Shown here piece by piece: positions 18,847 through 27,113 of a DNA stretch of 28,745 nucleotides. The translations under genes and the position numbers were made by a program. The DNA comes from a virus (Duplodnaviria > Caudoviricetes): IMG/VR virus record IMGVR_UViG_3300036807_000206, positions 1 through 28,745 of that record; one strand, given 5' to 3'. Each line of letters opens with the position of its first letter. Position 1 is the first letter of the stretch. Below the pieces are notes generated by a model. That model had not been told where the DNA came from. It worked only from the letters and a program-made list of their open reading frames with translations, and searched no databases.

Positions 18847-19285
18847 AAGAAAGTTTTTTGAACTTCGTAATGGTCTTAAAGCAGTAGACTACAGAAACAA
18901 AGACTATTATGACAGGATCGATGATCATGAAAAGTCATTATACTCACCTTATATGTTAATGAGATATGCTTCAAGTGTTTCATCTAAAGATCAATTTTTT
19001 GTTGAACACTATGTTGAGATGGTTAACGAGTGTGTCAACAAACACTGCTTTACATTAGGCAAACACAAAAAGCTATTATGGATATTAACTGCTATGTGTG
19101 GTGCATTACAGAATCAATTCCATCCATGGATTAAACCAATGAAACGTGTGCCTAACAAGTCATTAAAACAATTACAACAAATCTACCCAACTTGGAAAGA
19201 AGCTGATTTAGAAACGTTGGACAAAATTATTACTGACCGAGAACTAGAGGAATTATTAGAAGCACATGGCACCCAGTCTAAATAA
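18818..19285 (+). CDS. Possible clamp loader small subunit (T4 gp62-like)
   Basis: FFE...AVD..K, YSPYMLMRYAS, N, W.K and L...Y pattern resembling gp62; replication gene context. No gp44 gene in this window. Confidence 0.45.
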   Translation: MPAKSKEKSKRKFFELRNGLKAVDYRNKDYYDRIDDHEKSLYSPYMLMRYASSVSSKDQFFVEHYVEMVNECVNKHCFTLGKHKKLLWILTAMCGALQNQFHPWIKPMKRVPNKSLKQLQQIYPTWKEADLETLDKIITDRELEELLEAHGTQSK

Positions 19286-19955
19286 ATGTACCTATTGCAG
19301 TAAGGAGTTTGCGAAAGAACGAACTTTGCAAGTACACCTATGCGAACCAAAAAGAAGATATCTACAACGAGATGAGAAGTGGGTAGTGAACGCTTTTATG
19401 GTATTTCAAAGATTCTATGAAGTGCATCAACACAATGCAAAAAAGCCAAAGACATATGAAGACTTCTGCGGCAGTTCTTATTATAATGCATTTGTAAAAT
19501 TTGGTAGATTCATTATGCATATTAATCCATTATATCCAGAAAAATATATTGACTATGTATTACAATCAAAAATTAAATTAGATCATTGGGCCAGAGATGA
19601 TCTATACGAAGCATATCTAATAGAGACATTAAAGATAGAACCAATCGAAGCGGCACTGCAAAGAAGCATCGCAACAATGATGGATTGGGCAACTGAACAA
19701 AATGCACAATGGTCAGACTACTTTAGACTTGTCAATACCAACAGAGCAGTGGCACACATACAGCAAGGCAAATTAAGTCCGTGGTTGTTGTTAGGTTGCA
19801 AGGCAGGCAAGAAGATGTTAAAATCATTTAGTGACGAACAGTTACAAATAACACAACGATTTATTAATCCAGAGTACTGGGCTAACAAATTTAAAAGTTT
19901 TCCAGCCGACCATATGTTGGTACAAGACACAGCAAAGGAGGCTAGAATTGAGTAA
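19266..19955 (+). CDS. Hypothetical protein with N-terminal zinc-finger-like motif
   Basis: CTYC.KEF..E.TL..H.C (C2HC-type), followed by a helical domain. Confidence 0.75.
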   Translation: MAPSLNKCTYCSKEFAKERTLQVHLCEPKRRYLQRDEKWVVNAFMVFQRFYEVHQHNAKKPKTYEDFCGSSYYNAFVKFGRFIMHINPLYPEKYIDYVLQSKIKLDHWARDDLYEAYLIETLKIEPIEAALQRSIATMMDWATEQNAQWSDYFRLVNTNRAVAHIQQGKLSPWLLLGCKAGKKMLKSFSDEQLQITQRFINPEYWANKFKSFPADHMLVQDTAKEARIE

Positions 19956-20193
19956 GAAAATAAAAATTGAAATAGACGGTGAACTAGAATTTGACATCCA
20001 AGAAGGAGATATGATTGTACACATTAAACACAATGGCGAAGTTGGAAAAATTTGTATGCCTGAAATGAATCATAAAGTTCAAGTAAGCAAGGGATATCAC
20101 AAGATGTTAGACTGTTTAGAAGTATTACAACCTGGAACTAAAAAGAAATTTGACCAACATTATGAAGCTAAAAGAAAAGGAACAGTACACTAA
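19948..20193 (+). CDS. Hypothetical protein
   Basis: TTG start with a strong AAGGAGG RBS; 81 aa. Confidence 0.7.
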   Translation: MSKKIKIEIDGELEFDIQEGDMIVHIKHNGEVGKICMPEMNHKVQVSKGYHKMLDCLEVLQPGTKKKFDQHYEAKRKGTVH

Positions 20194-20366
20194 TGGGAAA
20201 ATTTATTAAAACAGCAATGGATGATAGATTTATAAACTCACTGGGTATAGAAGTTTATAAACTTGATCCAAATAATAAAGTGTTAAACACGTTAATAAAT
20301 CTGCCAAACTTTGAAGGTGGAGAATTAAACAAAACAATAAAGGATTACAAAAAGAAAAATGCCTGA
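20193..20366 (+). CDS. Small hypothetical protein (57 aa, not in ORF track)
   Basis: TAATG coupling to the upstream stop; MGKFIKTAMDDRFINSLGIEVYKLDPNNK...KDYKKKNA*; fills the gap and overlaps the next start. Confidence 0.65.
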   Translation: MGKFIKTAMDDRFINSLGIEVYKLDPNNKVLNTLINLPNFEGGELNKTIKDYKKKNA

Positions 20367-20949
20367 TGTAGACATAGACTTTTTTGACAGAGACGGAGTA
20401 TTGAAACTATTCAAACATACTCCTGCAACAATGATCAAAGGTGACAAAACAGAAAAACACAAGAGCGGTGTATACTTCCATGCTGTACCAGAACATCCAG
20501 TTACAGGACACAGCTCATTAGATTATAAAAAAGCAGAGGACAGAGGATACTTTAAAATTGATTGTCTTAATGTAAATCTCTACAAAGAAGTAAAATCAGA
20601 ACAACAGCTTGTTGAACTTATGATACAAGAGCCTGATTGGGATATGCTAAAAGATTCTACAGTAGTAGACCAATTGTTTCATCTAAACGGACACTTTAAC
20701 ATTGTAAACAAACTTGAACCTAAAACAATAGAACAACTTGCGGCTGTACTAGCAATTATACGTCCTGCTAAAAGAGGACTAATGTACAAGGACTGGGTTG
20801 ATATAATAAAAGACGTGTGGATAAAACCTAAAGACGGATCATACTTCTTCAAGAAGTCACATGCTGTTGCATATGCACAGGCAATTGTGGTGCAGATGAA
20901 TTTGATTGCCAAAGCTAAATATAGTTTTGATGCACAATCAAAAGACTAA
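20359..20949 (+). CDS. Miniature DNA polymerase III alpha (DnaE)-like catalytic-palm protein
   Basis: Collinear DnaE motifs MPDVDIDF, KH.SGVYF, GYFKIDCL, LAIIRP and YFFKKSHAVAYA in only 196 aa. Confidence 0.85.
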   Translation: MPDVDIDFFDRDGVLKLFKHTPATMIKGDKTEKHKSGVYFHAVPEHPVTGHSSLDYKKAEDRGYFKIDCLNVNLYKEVKSEQQLVELMIQEPDWDMLKDSTVVDQLFHLNGHFNIVNKLEPKTIEQLAAVLAIIRPAKRGLMYKDWVDIIKDVWIKPKDGSYFFKKSHAVAYAQAIVVQMNLIAKAKYSFDAQSKD

Positions 20950-21073
20950 AAAACTTTCCAAAAAACGTAAGAAGAAAAAAAGCTATCCTATGCCTTCGAC
21001 TGAGTGTCGTTATCAAGCGGATAATCCACTGACGATATATTATAAAAAGTATATTGAAAAAGCTAAAGACTAG
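20930..21073 (+). CDS. Small basic peptide (47 aa, not in ORF track)
   Basis: MHNQKTKKLSKKRKKKKSYPMPSTECRYQADNPLTIYYKKYIEKAKD*; fills the gap exactly and shares the CTAG stop palindrome with the convergent gene. Confidence 0.5.
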   Translation: MHNQKTKKLSKKRKKKKSYPMPSTECRYQADNPLTIYYKKYIEKAKD

Positions 21074-21444
21074 ATAGGTCTTCTTACTAACTGAATAGTT
21101 CTTCTTTTTACTCGTTTCTTTGATATTTCAGAAAGTCTAACAGTAGGACCGTGTACTATTTCAACGTCTTTACTGTTCAACGTTATTAGTGTAGACCTAA
21201 AGTATCTAAAATCACCTTTTAAGAAGATGTTAATTGGTAGTTTTCTATTTGACTCAGTCCACCAAATATCACCGCATTTTAAGAATTTCATCTTGTCTGC
21301 TGGCAACATCAAACGTCCATAGTCGTAAAAGCTGATAACGTTTGTGTCTTCGTTTTGTACTATGCCCACAAACTCCAAATCGCCCTTTCTGATCAGACTT
21401 AAAAAAGGAAATTTGTCTTTTAATGTATTAAAAATTTCATTCAT
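21070..21444 (-). CDS. Hypothetical protein
   Basis: 124-aa ORF with GIVQN.D, WW.ESNR.LPINIFL and a basic C-terminus; the only long ORF in this interval. Confidence 0.75.
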   Translation of the reverse strand: MNEIFNTLKDKFPFLSLIRKGDLEFVGIVQNEDTNVISFYDYGRLMLPADKMKFLKCGDIWWTESNRKLPINIFLKGDFRYFRSTLITLNSKDVEIVHGPTVRLSEISKKRVKRRTIQLVRRPI

Positions 21445-21452
21445 TCTATATC

Positions 21453-21470
21453 TATAAATACTGTTAAATA
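21453..21470 (+). promoter_or_regulatory. T4-type late promoter box(es)
   Basis: Exact TATAAATA (21453-21460) plus TTAAATA (21464-21470) just upstream of ATG 21477. Confidence 0.65.
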
Positions 21471-21476
21471 TGTATT

Positions 21477-22283
21477 ATGCAAACAGTACAAAGGTATTTA
21501 ATAAATCAGGTGGTAATTGCGTATCAAAGTGGTTATCATGGAAGGAACTCGAAAGTGTACGATAGACGGTTAACATTACATAGAGGGGTCACTAATCCTG
21601 TATCATTCACGTTTAAGAATGAGGATCAGAAGGCTCAGAATATAGTGGGCAAGACATACGAGATCAATATTATCGATACCGATAGCAAAAAGAGTGTGCT
21701 AACACGTACTTTAAAAGTAATAGACGACGGAAGTACTATTGCAACTAAAGGCACAGCAACAGTTGATATCACACCAGGCGACCTACTAAAATTAGAGGCA
21801 AAGTTTTACAATTACAGTATAAAACAAAAATTAACAGACGATGGTAGTACTATTGTAACGTATGCAGACACAGGATATAATGCCGCAGGAACACTAGAAG
21901 TATTAGACGGAGCATATCCGGAAGCAGTAGCAAGTACAGAAATATCAAGTTTTGAATCAGCACAAGGACCAATGGCAAAAACATCAGGCTCTATTAGTGC
22001 AAGACCAAGCGAAAATAATAACAAAGCACTGCACACGATCGCAGTGTATACTAGAAACTTCTCAGGTGGTTTGAGAGTACAAGGCACAATGGCAGTTACA
22101 CCTGGAAACACAGATTGGTTTGATATTACCATGGATGGTGCAGGCTCGCGAACAAATAGTTTTTCAAACTCTACAAGTGTTACCAACTACAACTTTTATG
22201 GTGTTTACCAAGCAGTTAGATTTAGTTGGCAAAACGATTCCGGAAATACCGGTCTTATTGACAAAATCCTATATAGACAGTAA
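21477..22283 (+). CDS. Putative virion/structural protein (BppU-like Ig-type N-domain)
   Basis: Thr/Ser/Gly-rich beta protein with 'L.RG..N...F..KN.DQK', 'G.A.V.I...DL' and 'Y.YSI'; late-promoter box upstream. Confidence 0.5.
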   Translation: MQTVQRYLINQVVIAYQSGYHGRNSKVYDRRLTLHRGVTNPVSFTFKNEDQKAQNIVGKTYEINIIDTDSKKSVLTRTLKVIDDGSTIATKGTATVDITPGDLLKLEAKFYNYSIKQKLTDDGSTIVTYADTGYNAAGTLEVLDGAYPEAVASTEISSFESAQGPMAKTSGSISARPSENNNKALHTIAVYTRNFSGGLRVQGTMAVTPGNTDWFDITMDGAGSRTNSFSNSTSVTNYNFYGVYQAVRFSWQNDSGNTGLIDKILYRQ

Positions 22284-22286
22284 AAT
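22258..22286 (+). promoter_or_regulatory. Sigma70-type promoter for primase-helicase
   Basis: TTGACA (22258-22263), 17-nt spacer, TAAAAT (22281-22286); embedded in the 3' end of the upstream gene. Confidence 0.7.
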
Positions 22287-22293
22287 ATAGTTT

Positions 22294-23307
22294 ATGAACG
22301 TGATACAGAATACTATTCTGACATCTCTACCTGCGAACAAAAAGAAAACACCCAGTGGTTGGATAAGTTTCAATGCACCTTGTTGTGTACACAATGGAGA
22401 GACAGCAGACAAAAAGAAACGTGGAGGAATAATGACCAGTGCAGATGGCACAATATCATTTCATTGTTTTAACTGTGGGTTCAAAGCAAACTATGTTATT
22501 GGTCGTAAACTGAATCAAAAGATGAGAACGTTTATGGGCTACATTAATATTCCAGATGATACTATAAGAAAAATGGCCATCGAAGCCATGCGTGAAGAAG
22601 AAGGAGACACAAAATACGAGCAGAAAAAATTTGTTACATTTAGTAAAAGAGAATTGCCAAAGAATACACACAACCTAGAAGTATGGTTAGAAAAATATGT
22701 TGCAAAAGATTTAACAGAGCCACAATGGAACAAGATAGATGCATTATTAAATTATTTAAAAAGTAGAGGTATCGGTGCCGACTGGTATGACTTTATGTAT
22801 TCTCCGGATCAGCATTGGGACGTAAACAAAAGATTACTAATACCGTTTTACTGGAGAGGAGACATAGTGGGCTTCACGGGTAGGATGTTCGAACAGTCTG
22901 ATAGGGTCAAGTATTACACAGATGTACAGCCTGGATATGTGTTCAACATGGATGCACAGGATTGGTCAAGAAAATTTGTGCTAGTAACAGAAGGTCCGTT
23001 TGATGCTATTACCGTTTCTGGTGTGAGCATACTTGGATCGGAGATAAATGATATACAAAAAGAATTGATTAATAATCTAAACAGACGAGTAATAGTTGTA
23101 CCAGACAGAGATGCTCCTGGTCAAAAACTTATTAACCAAGCATTGGAGTTTGGATGGTCAGTTGCTTTTCCAGAATGGGAAGATGGAGTTGACGATGTGG
23201 CTGATGCTGTGTTAAAATACGGTAGACTGTTTACGATACAATCTATATTAAAAACAACAGAATCAAGTAAACTGAAAATAGATTTAAAGAGAAAGATGTA
23301 TGGCTGA
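22294..23307 (+). CDS. DNA primase (gp61/DnaG-like)
   Basis: Zn-binding PCC.H...FHCFNCG, YL.SRGI, RLLIPF, G...R, TOPRIM VTEGPFDA, PDRD.PG, D.ADA. Confidence 0.9.
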   Translation: MNVIQNTILTSLPANKKKTPSGWISFNAPCCVHNGETADKKKRGGIMTSADGTISFHCFNCGFKANYVIGRKLNQKMRTFMGYINIPDDTIRKMAIEAMREEEGDTKYEQKKFVTFSKRELPKNTHNLEVWLEKYVAKDLTEPQWNKIDALLNYLKSRGIGADWYDFMYSPDQHWDVNKRLLIPFYWRGDIVGFTGRMFEQSDRVKYYTDVQPGYVFNMDAQDWSRKFVLVTEGPFDAITVSGVSILGSEINDIQKELINNLNRRVIVVPDRDAPGQKLINQALEFGWSVAFPEWEDGVDDVADAVLKYGRLFTIQSILKTTESSKLKIDLKRKMYG

Positions 23308-24766
23308 TTATAATAACAACGAAGAGCAACACCAGGCTAAGAACTATTCATTTGATGTACAGAAATTGTATATTGAAATGTTATTAGCAGATGCTGAATC
23401 GTTTGCTAGAGCACAGAACATATTCAATCCTAAATCATTTGATCGTAAACTGCAACCTATAGCAAAGTTTGTTAAAGACTATATGGACGATTACAAAGTG
23501 ATGCCGGAAGTAGCACAGATAAATGCAGAACACGAAATACAATTAAAAGAAGCAAAGGATTTAGATCCAGCACACTTCAACTGGCTACTAGACGAGTTTG
23601 AAACATTCTCAAGACACAAAGCACTTGAACAAGCAATACTATCATCAGCTGATCTTTTAGAGAAAGGTGATTATGGTCCTGTTGAGGACATGGTTAAAGA
23701 AGCAGTCAGTGTAGGACTTACAAGAGATATGGGTACAGACTATTTCGAAGATCCGAAAGGTAGACTACAAGCATTAAAAGATAACAACGGACAGATAAGC
23801 ACAGGGTGGGCTAACTTGGATAAGAAACTGTTTGGTGGATTTAACAGAGGAGAGCTAAACATCTTCGCAGGTGGATCAGGAGCAGGTAAGAGTTTGTTCT
23901 TGCAGAATCTTGCAGTTAATTGGGCCACAGCCGGACTTAATGTTTGTTACATCTCTTTTGAATTATCAGAAGCACTAACGGCAATGAGGCTAGATGCCAT
24001 GATGACTAACATTCCAACAAGATCAGTAATGAAGCAACTAGATGACGTTGAGATGAAAGTTAAAATGTTAAAGAAAAAATCAGGTAACTTGCAGATCAAA
24101 TATTTGCCAAGTGGAAGTAATGTACTAGATATTAGAACGTATCTAAAAGAATTAGAACTTAAATCAAAAAAGAAAATAGATTGTATACTAATTGATTACT
24201 TGGATCTCATGATGCCTAAGAGCAAAAGAATATCACCTGCAGACTTGTTTATCAAAGACAAGTATGTGTCTGAGGAATTAAGAAACTTGGTTGTTGAAAA
24301 ACAATGTGTGTTAGCAACAGCATCACAGTTAAACAGAGCAAGTGTTGAAGAAATAGAATTTGATCACTCTCACATCTCAGGCGGACTATCTAAGATACAA
24401 ACAGCAGATAATGTGATCGGTATCTTTACAAGTAGAGCAATGAAAGAACGTGGCAGATATCAAATACAGTTTATGAAAACTAGATCATCTAGTGGTGTTG
24501 GACAAAAAGTAGACTTAGAATTTAATGTAGACAGTTTGAGAATCAGCAGTCTGGATGAAGAAGAGTCACAAAGTTACAACACACAGGGTAAGAATAAGAT
24601 ATATGATTCTCTAAAACAAACTTCAAAAGTAACAGCAGACACATCAAACGAACCAAAGATGCCAGATCCTCGTAAAGGTGATGACATTGGTAAAGTTAAG
24701 GCATCAGTTGAAGGTGGCAAACTAAGACAACTGTTAAACGAGCTACACTCAGACGAAGATCAGTAA
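23300..24766 (+). CDS. Replicative DNA helicase (gp41/DnaB-like)
   Basis: STGW..LD....GG..RGEL, Walker A GGSGAGKS, ISFEL, IDYLDLM, TASQLNR, TAD, K.R. Confidence 0.93.
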   Translation: MADYNNNEEQHQAKNYSFDVQKLYIEMLLADAESFARAQNIFNPKSFDRKLQPIAKFVKDYMDDYKVMPEVAQINAEHEIQLKEAKDLDPAHFNWLLDEFETFSRHKALEQAILSSADLLEKGDYGPVEDMVKEAVSVGLTRDMGTDYFEDPKGRLQALKDNNGQISTGWANLDKKLFGGFNRGELNIFAGGSGAGKSLFLQNLAVNWATAGLNVCYISFELSEALTAMRLDAMMTNIPTRSVMKQLDDVEMKVKMLKKKSGNLQIKYLPSGSNVLDIRTYLKELELKSKKKIDCILIDYLDLMMPKSKRISPADLFIKDKYVSEELRNLVVEKQCVLATASQLNRASVEEIEFDHSHISGGLSKIQTADNVIGIFTSRAMKERGRYQIQFMKTRSSSGVGQKVDLEFNVDSLRISSLDEEESQSYNTQGKNKIYDSLKQTSKVTADTSNEPKMPDPRKGDDIGKVKASVEGGKLRQLLNELHSDEDQ

Positions 24767-24927
24767 TAGCCACAATACAGTAGCATATTATCAGTTTCAT
24801 TACTAACTTAATATAATTCAAGCGAAATAGAGTATATTACCAGTTTGATTGGACTAATCCTAATAATCCAGATAAATATCCAGTAAATACATTTAAATTA
24901 AATTGCAATATAAGGAGATGGCGCAAT

Positions 24928-25851
24928 ATGAAAACACTAAAATGGTTGATTTTATCAACTAACAAACAAGGGTTTGGCCCATGCCCTGCAGAAGTTGTAA
25001 TGAGACCAGCAACAGCATTCAAAGAGTTGTTAGAAAAAAGAAGCAACGGAGAACTACAGGTTGAACTAATTGCTGACTTTAATGAGTACGAATCACAATA
25101 TGGTAAAAAAATTGATTATTCAAATCTATTTGAATCATTAAAAAATGACGACATTTCAATAGCACAGGTTGAGGTAGCAGATTTAGGCGGCCTACACAAT
25201 GTACTAGACATGCCATGGATGTTTGAATCACATGACCACGCAACTAAAGTGTTAGATGGAAAAGTTGGTACACACATAAACAGTCACTTAGAACAAAGAG
25301 GTATGGTAGGATTAGCATACACTTACTCGGGTGGATACAGAGCATTTGGTTCTTTTGATTCAATACCTACAATTGAAGACTTTGCAGGTAAAACAGTGTT
25401 AGTTAATAGCAATCCAGTTACAAAAGAGTACATGGAAAGCCTAGGTCTAAACGCAATCGAAAGAAAAGAATTTAAACAAGAGAGTGATGTAGATTTTAGA
25501 GATACTACATACATTAGATTTAAAGAAGGTAAAAAATTCTTAAAATCAAATCACTCATTGTTTTTAACAGACATAGTTGTAAGTAAAAAGTTTTATGACA
25601 CATTAACTGCGTCAGAACAAGAAACTTTAAACGCAGTAGCGAAAGAAGTTGCTACACTTGAAAGAGGATGGACAACTGAAGATGCAAGACAGTTTGAAGA
25701 AACAGCATCAGCAAGAGGGTGTGAGATTGTTGAATTGTCAAATGCAGATCAATCATTAATGAAAGAAAAAGCAGTATCTAAATACAGTAAATGGGAAAGT
25801 AATTTAACTGAAACACCAGGAATTGTTAAGATAATCAAATCACTAAACTAA
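24928..25851 (+). CDS. TRAP transporter DctP-like substrate-binding protein lacking a signal peptide
   Basis: FKELLEKRSNGELQVE, LDMPWMFES.DH...VLDG.VG, GGYR, I.T.EDF.G, NH, VSKKFYDTL...EQ, G.EIV.LS; AAGGAG RBS. Confidence 0.82.
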   Translation: MKTLKWLILSTNKQGFGPCPAEVVMRPATAFKELLEKRSNGELQVELIADFNEYESQYGKKIDYSNLFESLKNDDISIAQVEVADLGGLHNVLDMPWMFESHDHATKVLDGKVGTHINSHLEQRGMVGLAYTYSGGYRAFGSFDSIPTIEDFAGKTVLVNSNPVTKEYMESLGLNAIERKEFKQESDVDFRDTTYIRFKEGKKFLKSNHSLFLTDIVVSKKFYDTLTASEQETLNAVAKEVATLERGWTTEDARQFEETASARGCEIVELSNADQSLMKEKAVSKYSKWESNLTETPGIVKIIKSLN

Positions 25852-25857
25852 TTTATT

Positions 25858-25890
25858 AAAAGGGCGGCAGGCAACTATCGCCCTTTTTTT
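25858..25890 (+). terminator. Rho-independent terminator
   Basis: AAAAGGGCGGCAG-GCAA-CTATCGCCCTTTTTTT: GC-rich stem (one mismatch), GNRA loop and T7 tract immediately after the dctP-like stop. Confidence 0.85.
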
Positions 25891-25922
25891 GTGGCGGTGG
25901 TATCTCTACCTTAAATATCATT

Positions 25923-26573
25923 ATGCAATTACAAAGTTTATGGTCTGGTTATTCTGTACAACAATACGACTACATGACTGATATTATTCATAACAGCGAT
26001 GCAAAATCTGTTTGTGAGCTAGGCACATTCATCGGCACAACTGCAAAACACATATGGGATAAAATAGAAGGATCTGGAAAAAAGTTATACCTAGTAGACA
26101 ACTATATGTTCTTGCCAGAAGACAAAAGAGAAAAGTTTTTTAATACTGTAAAACGATCAATCGAACCTAACACTAAAGCAATCATCACAATACTAGAAGA
26201 CAGCCACACATACGATTGGACACAGCACGACTTTGTACTATTCGGTCATCATAATGCTGATCATATGTTACCGGATTTGGACAAACTACTATGGAGTAAA
26301 GTTGACTATGCAATAATAGGTGATGGTATTCCTAATTGTTTTCAAAGAACTAAAGCCACGTTTGAATTAGTTGCACAGATGTCAGGTGAGGGATTACATC
26401 CACAATATTATTTGAATGGATTAGTTGTATTAGGTAGAAAAAAATTAGAATGCACACTGCCAACTAACGAAGATTATTTCTTTGGGCACAAGATAAAGTA
26501 TATGCCTAAGATCGAAACAAATTATAAAAATGCAATAGATGAAGTTAAAAGAATATATCAGCTGGACAAATAA
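25923..26573 (+). CDS. Class I SAM-dependent methyltransferase-like protein
   Basis: VCELGTFIGTTA motif I, LYLVD, EDS, DFVLF..H (Methyltransf_24-like); TTAAATA box at 25911-25917. Confidence 0.7.
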   Translation: MQLQSLWSGYSVQQYDYMTDIIHNSDAKSVCELGTFIGTTAKHIWDKIEGSGKKLYLVDNYMFLPEDKREKFFNTVKRSIEPNTKAIITILEDSHTYDWTQHDFVLFGHHNADHMLPDLDKLLWSKVDYAIIGDGIPNCFQRTKATFELVAQMSGEGLHPQYYLNGLVVLGRKKLECTLPTNEDYFFGHKIKYMPKIETNYKNAIDEVKRIYQLDK

Positions 26574-27093
26574 TATAGACGAGTATCAAGACTCTGCCAC
26601 CCTTGCGGATTTAGATGCATGGGGGTACGAAGTACTGCCTGGAAACTATAAAGTACCTAAACTTAATTTAGATAATGCTACCAAAGGCAGTGAAGGTTAT
26701 GACAGTATTAGAAATGACTTCATCACACACTGGGCAAAAGACAAATGGCCATTCTTAAACTGCATAGATGCAAAAATACAAATACAAAGACCCGGAGAAG
26801 AATGTAAGCCTCATTTAGATTTTTTAAATGACTATCTAGGAAAAGTATGTGAAACGTTGCCTGGATTATTAAACGTAGAACATTCATTAGAGAAACCTGG
26901 AATCAATGTATGGCGTATGTTTGTGGCTGTCGAAGATCATATCGATGGGCATATATTTTCTGTTAACAACAAAGAATGGAAATGGCAAAAAGGACAGTGC
27001 ATAAGATTAAACAACTGGCAAGCCTTGCACTGGACAAAAAATACAAGTGACGTCGACAGGGTAATCATAAAAGTTACAGGCATAAAAACTTAA
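26539..27093 (+). CDS. Cupin/2OG-Fe(II) oxygenase (AspH-like)
   Basis: Q.PG....PHLD, R..VAVED...G, W.KG, LHWT.N....R...KVTG. Confidence 0.75.
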   Translation: MKLKEYISWTNNIDEYQDSATLADLDAWGYEVLPGNYKVPKLNLDNATKGSEGYDSIRNDFITHWAKDKWPFLNCIDAKIQIQRPGEECKPHLDFLNDYLGKVCETLPGLLNVEHSLEKPGINVWRMFVAVEDHIDGHIFSVNNKEWKWQKGQCIRLNNWQALHWTKNTSDVDRVIIKVTGIKT

Positions 27094-27113
27094 CAATAAG
27101 TAACAGGAGTATT

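Noticed and set aside
20359-20949. dnaE pseudogene or frameshifted polymerase
   Set aside because: Single intact frame with all catalytic motifs and overlapping neighbours; flanking frames contain no other DnaE pieces.
16667-24766. Inteins, introns or homing endonucleases in UvsW, primase or helicase
   Set aside because: Motif spacing and lengths are normal; no LAGLIDADG, HNH or GIY-YIG motifs were recognised.
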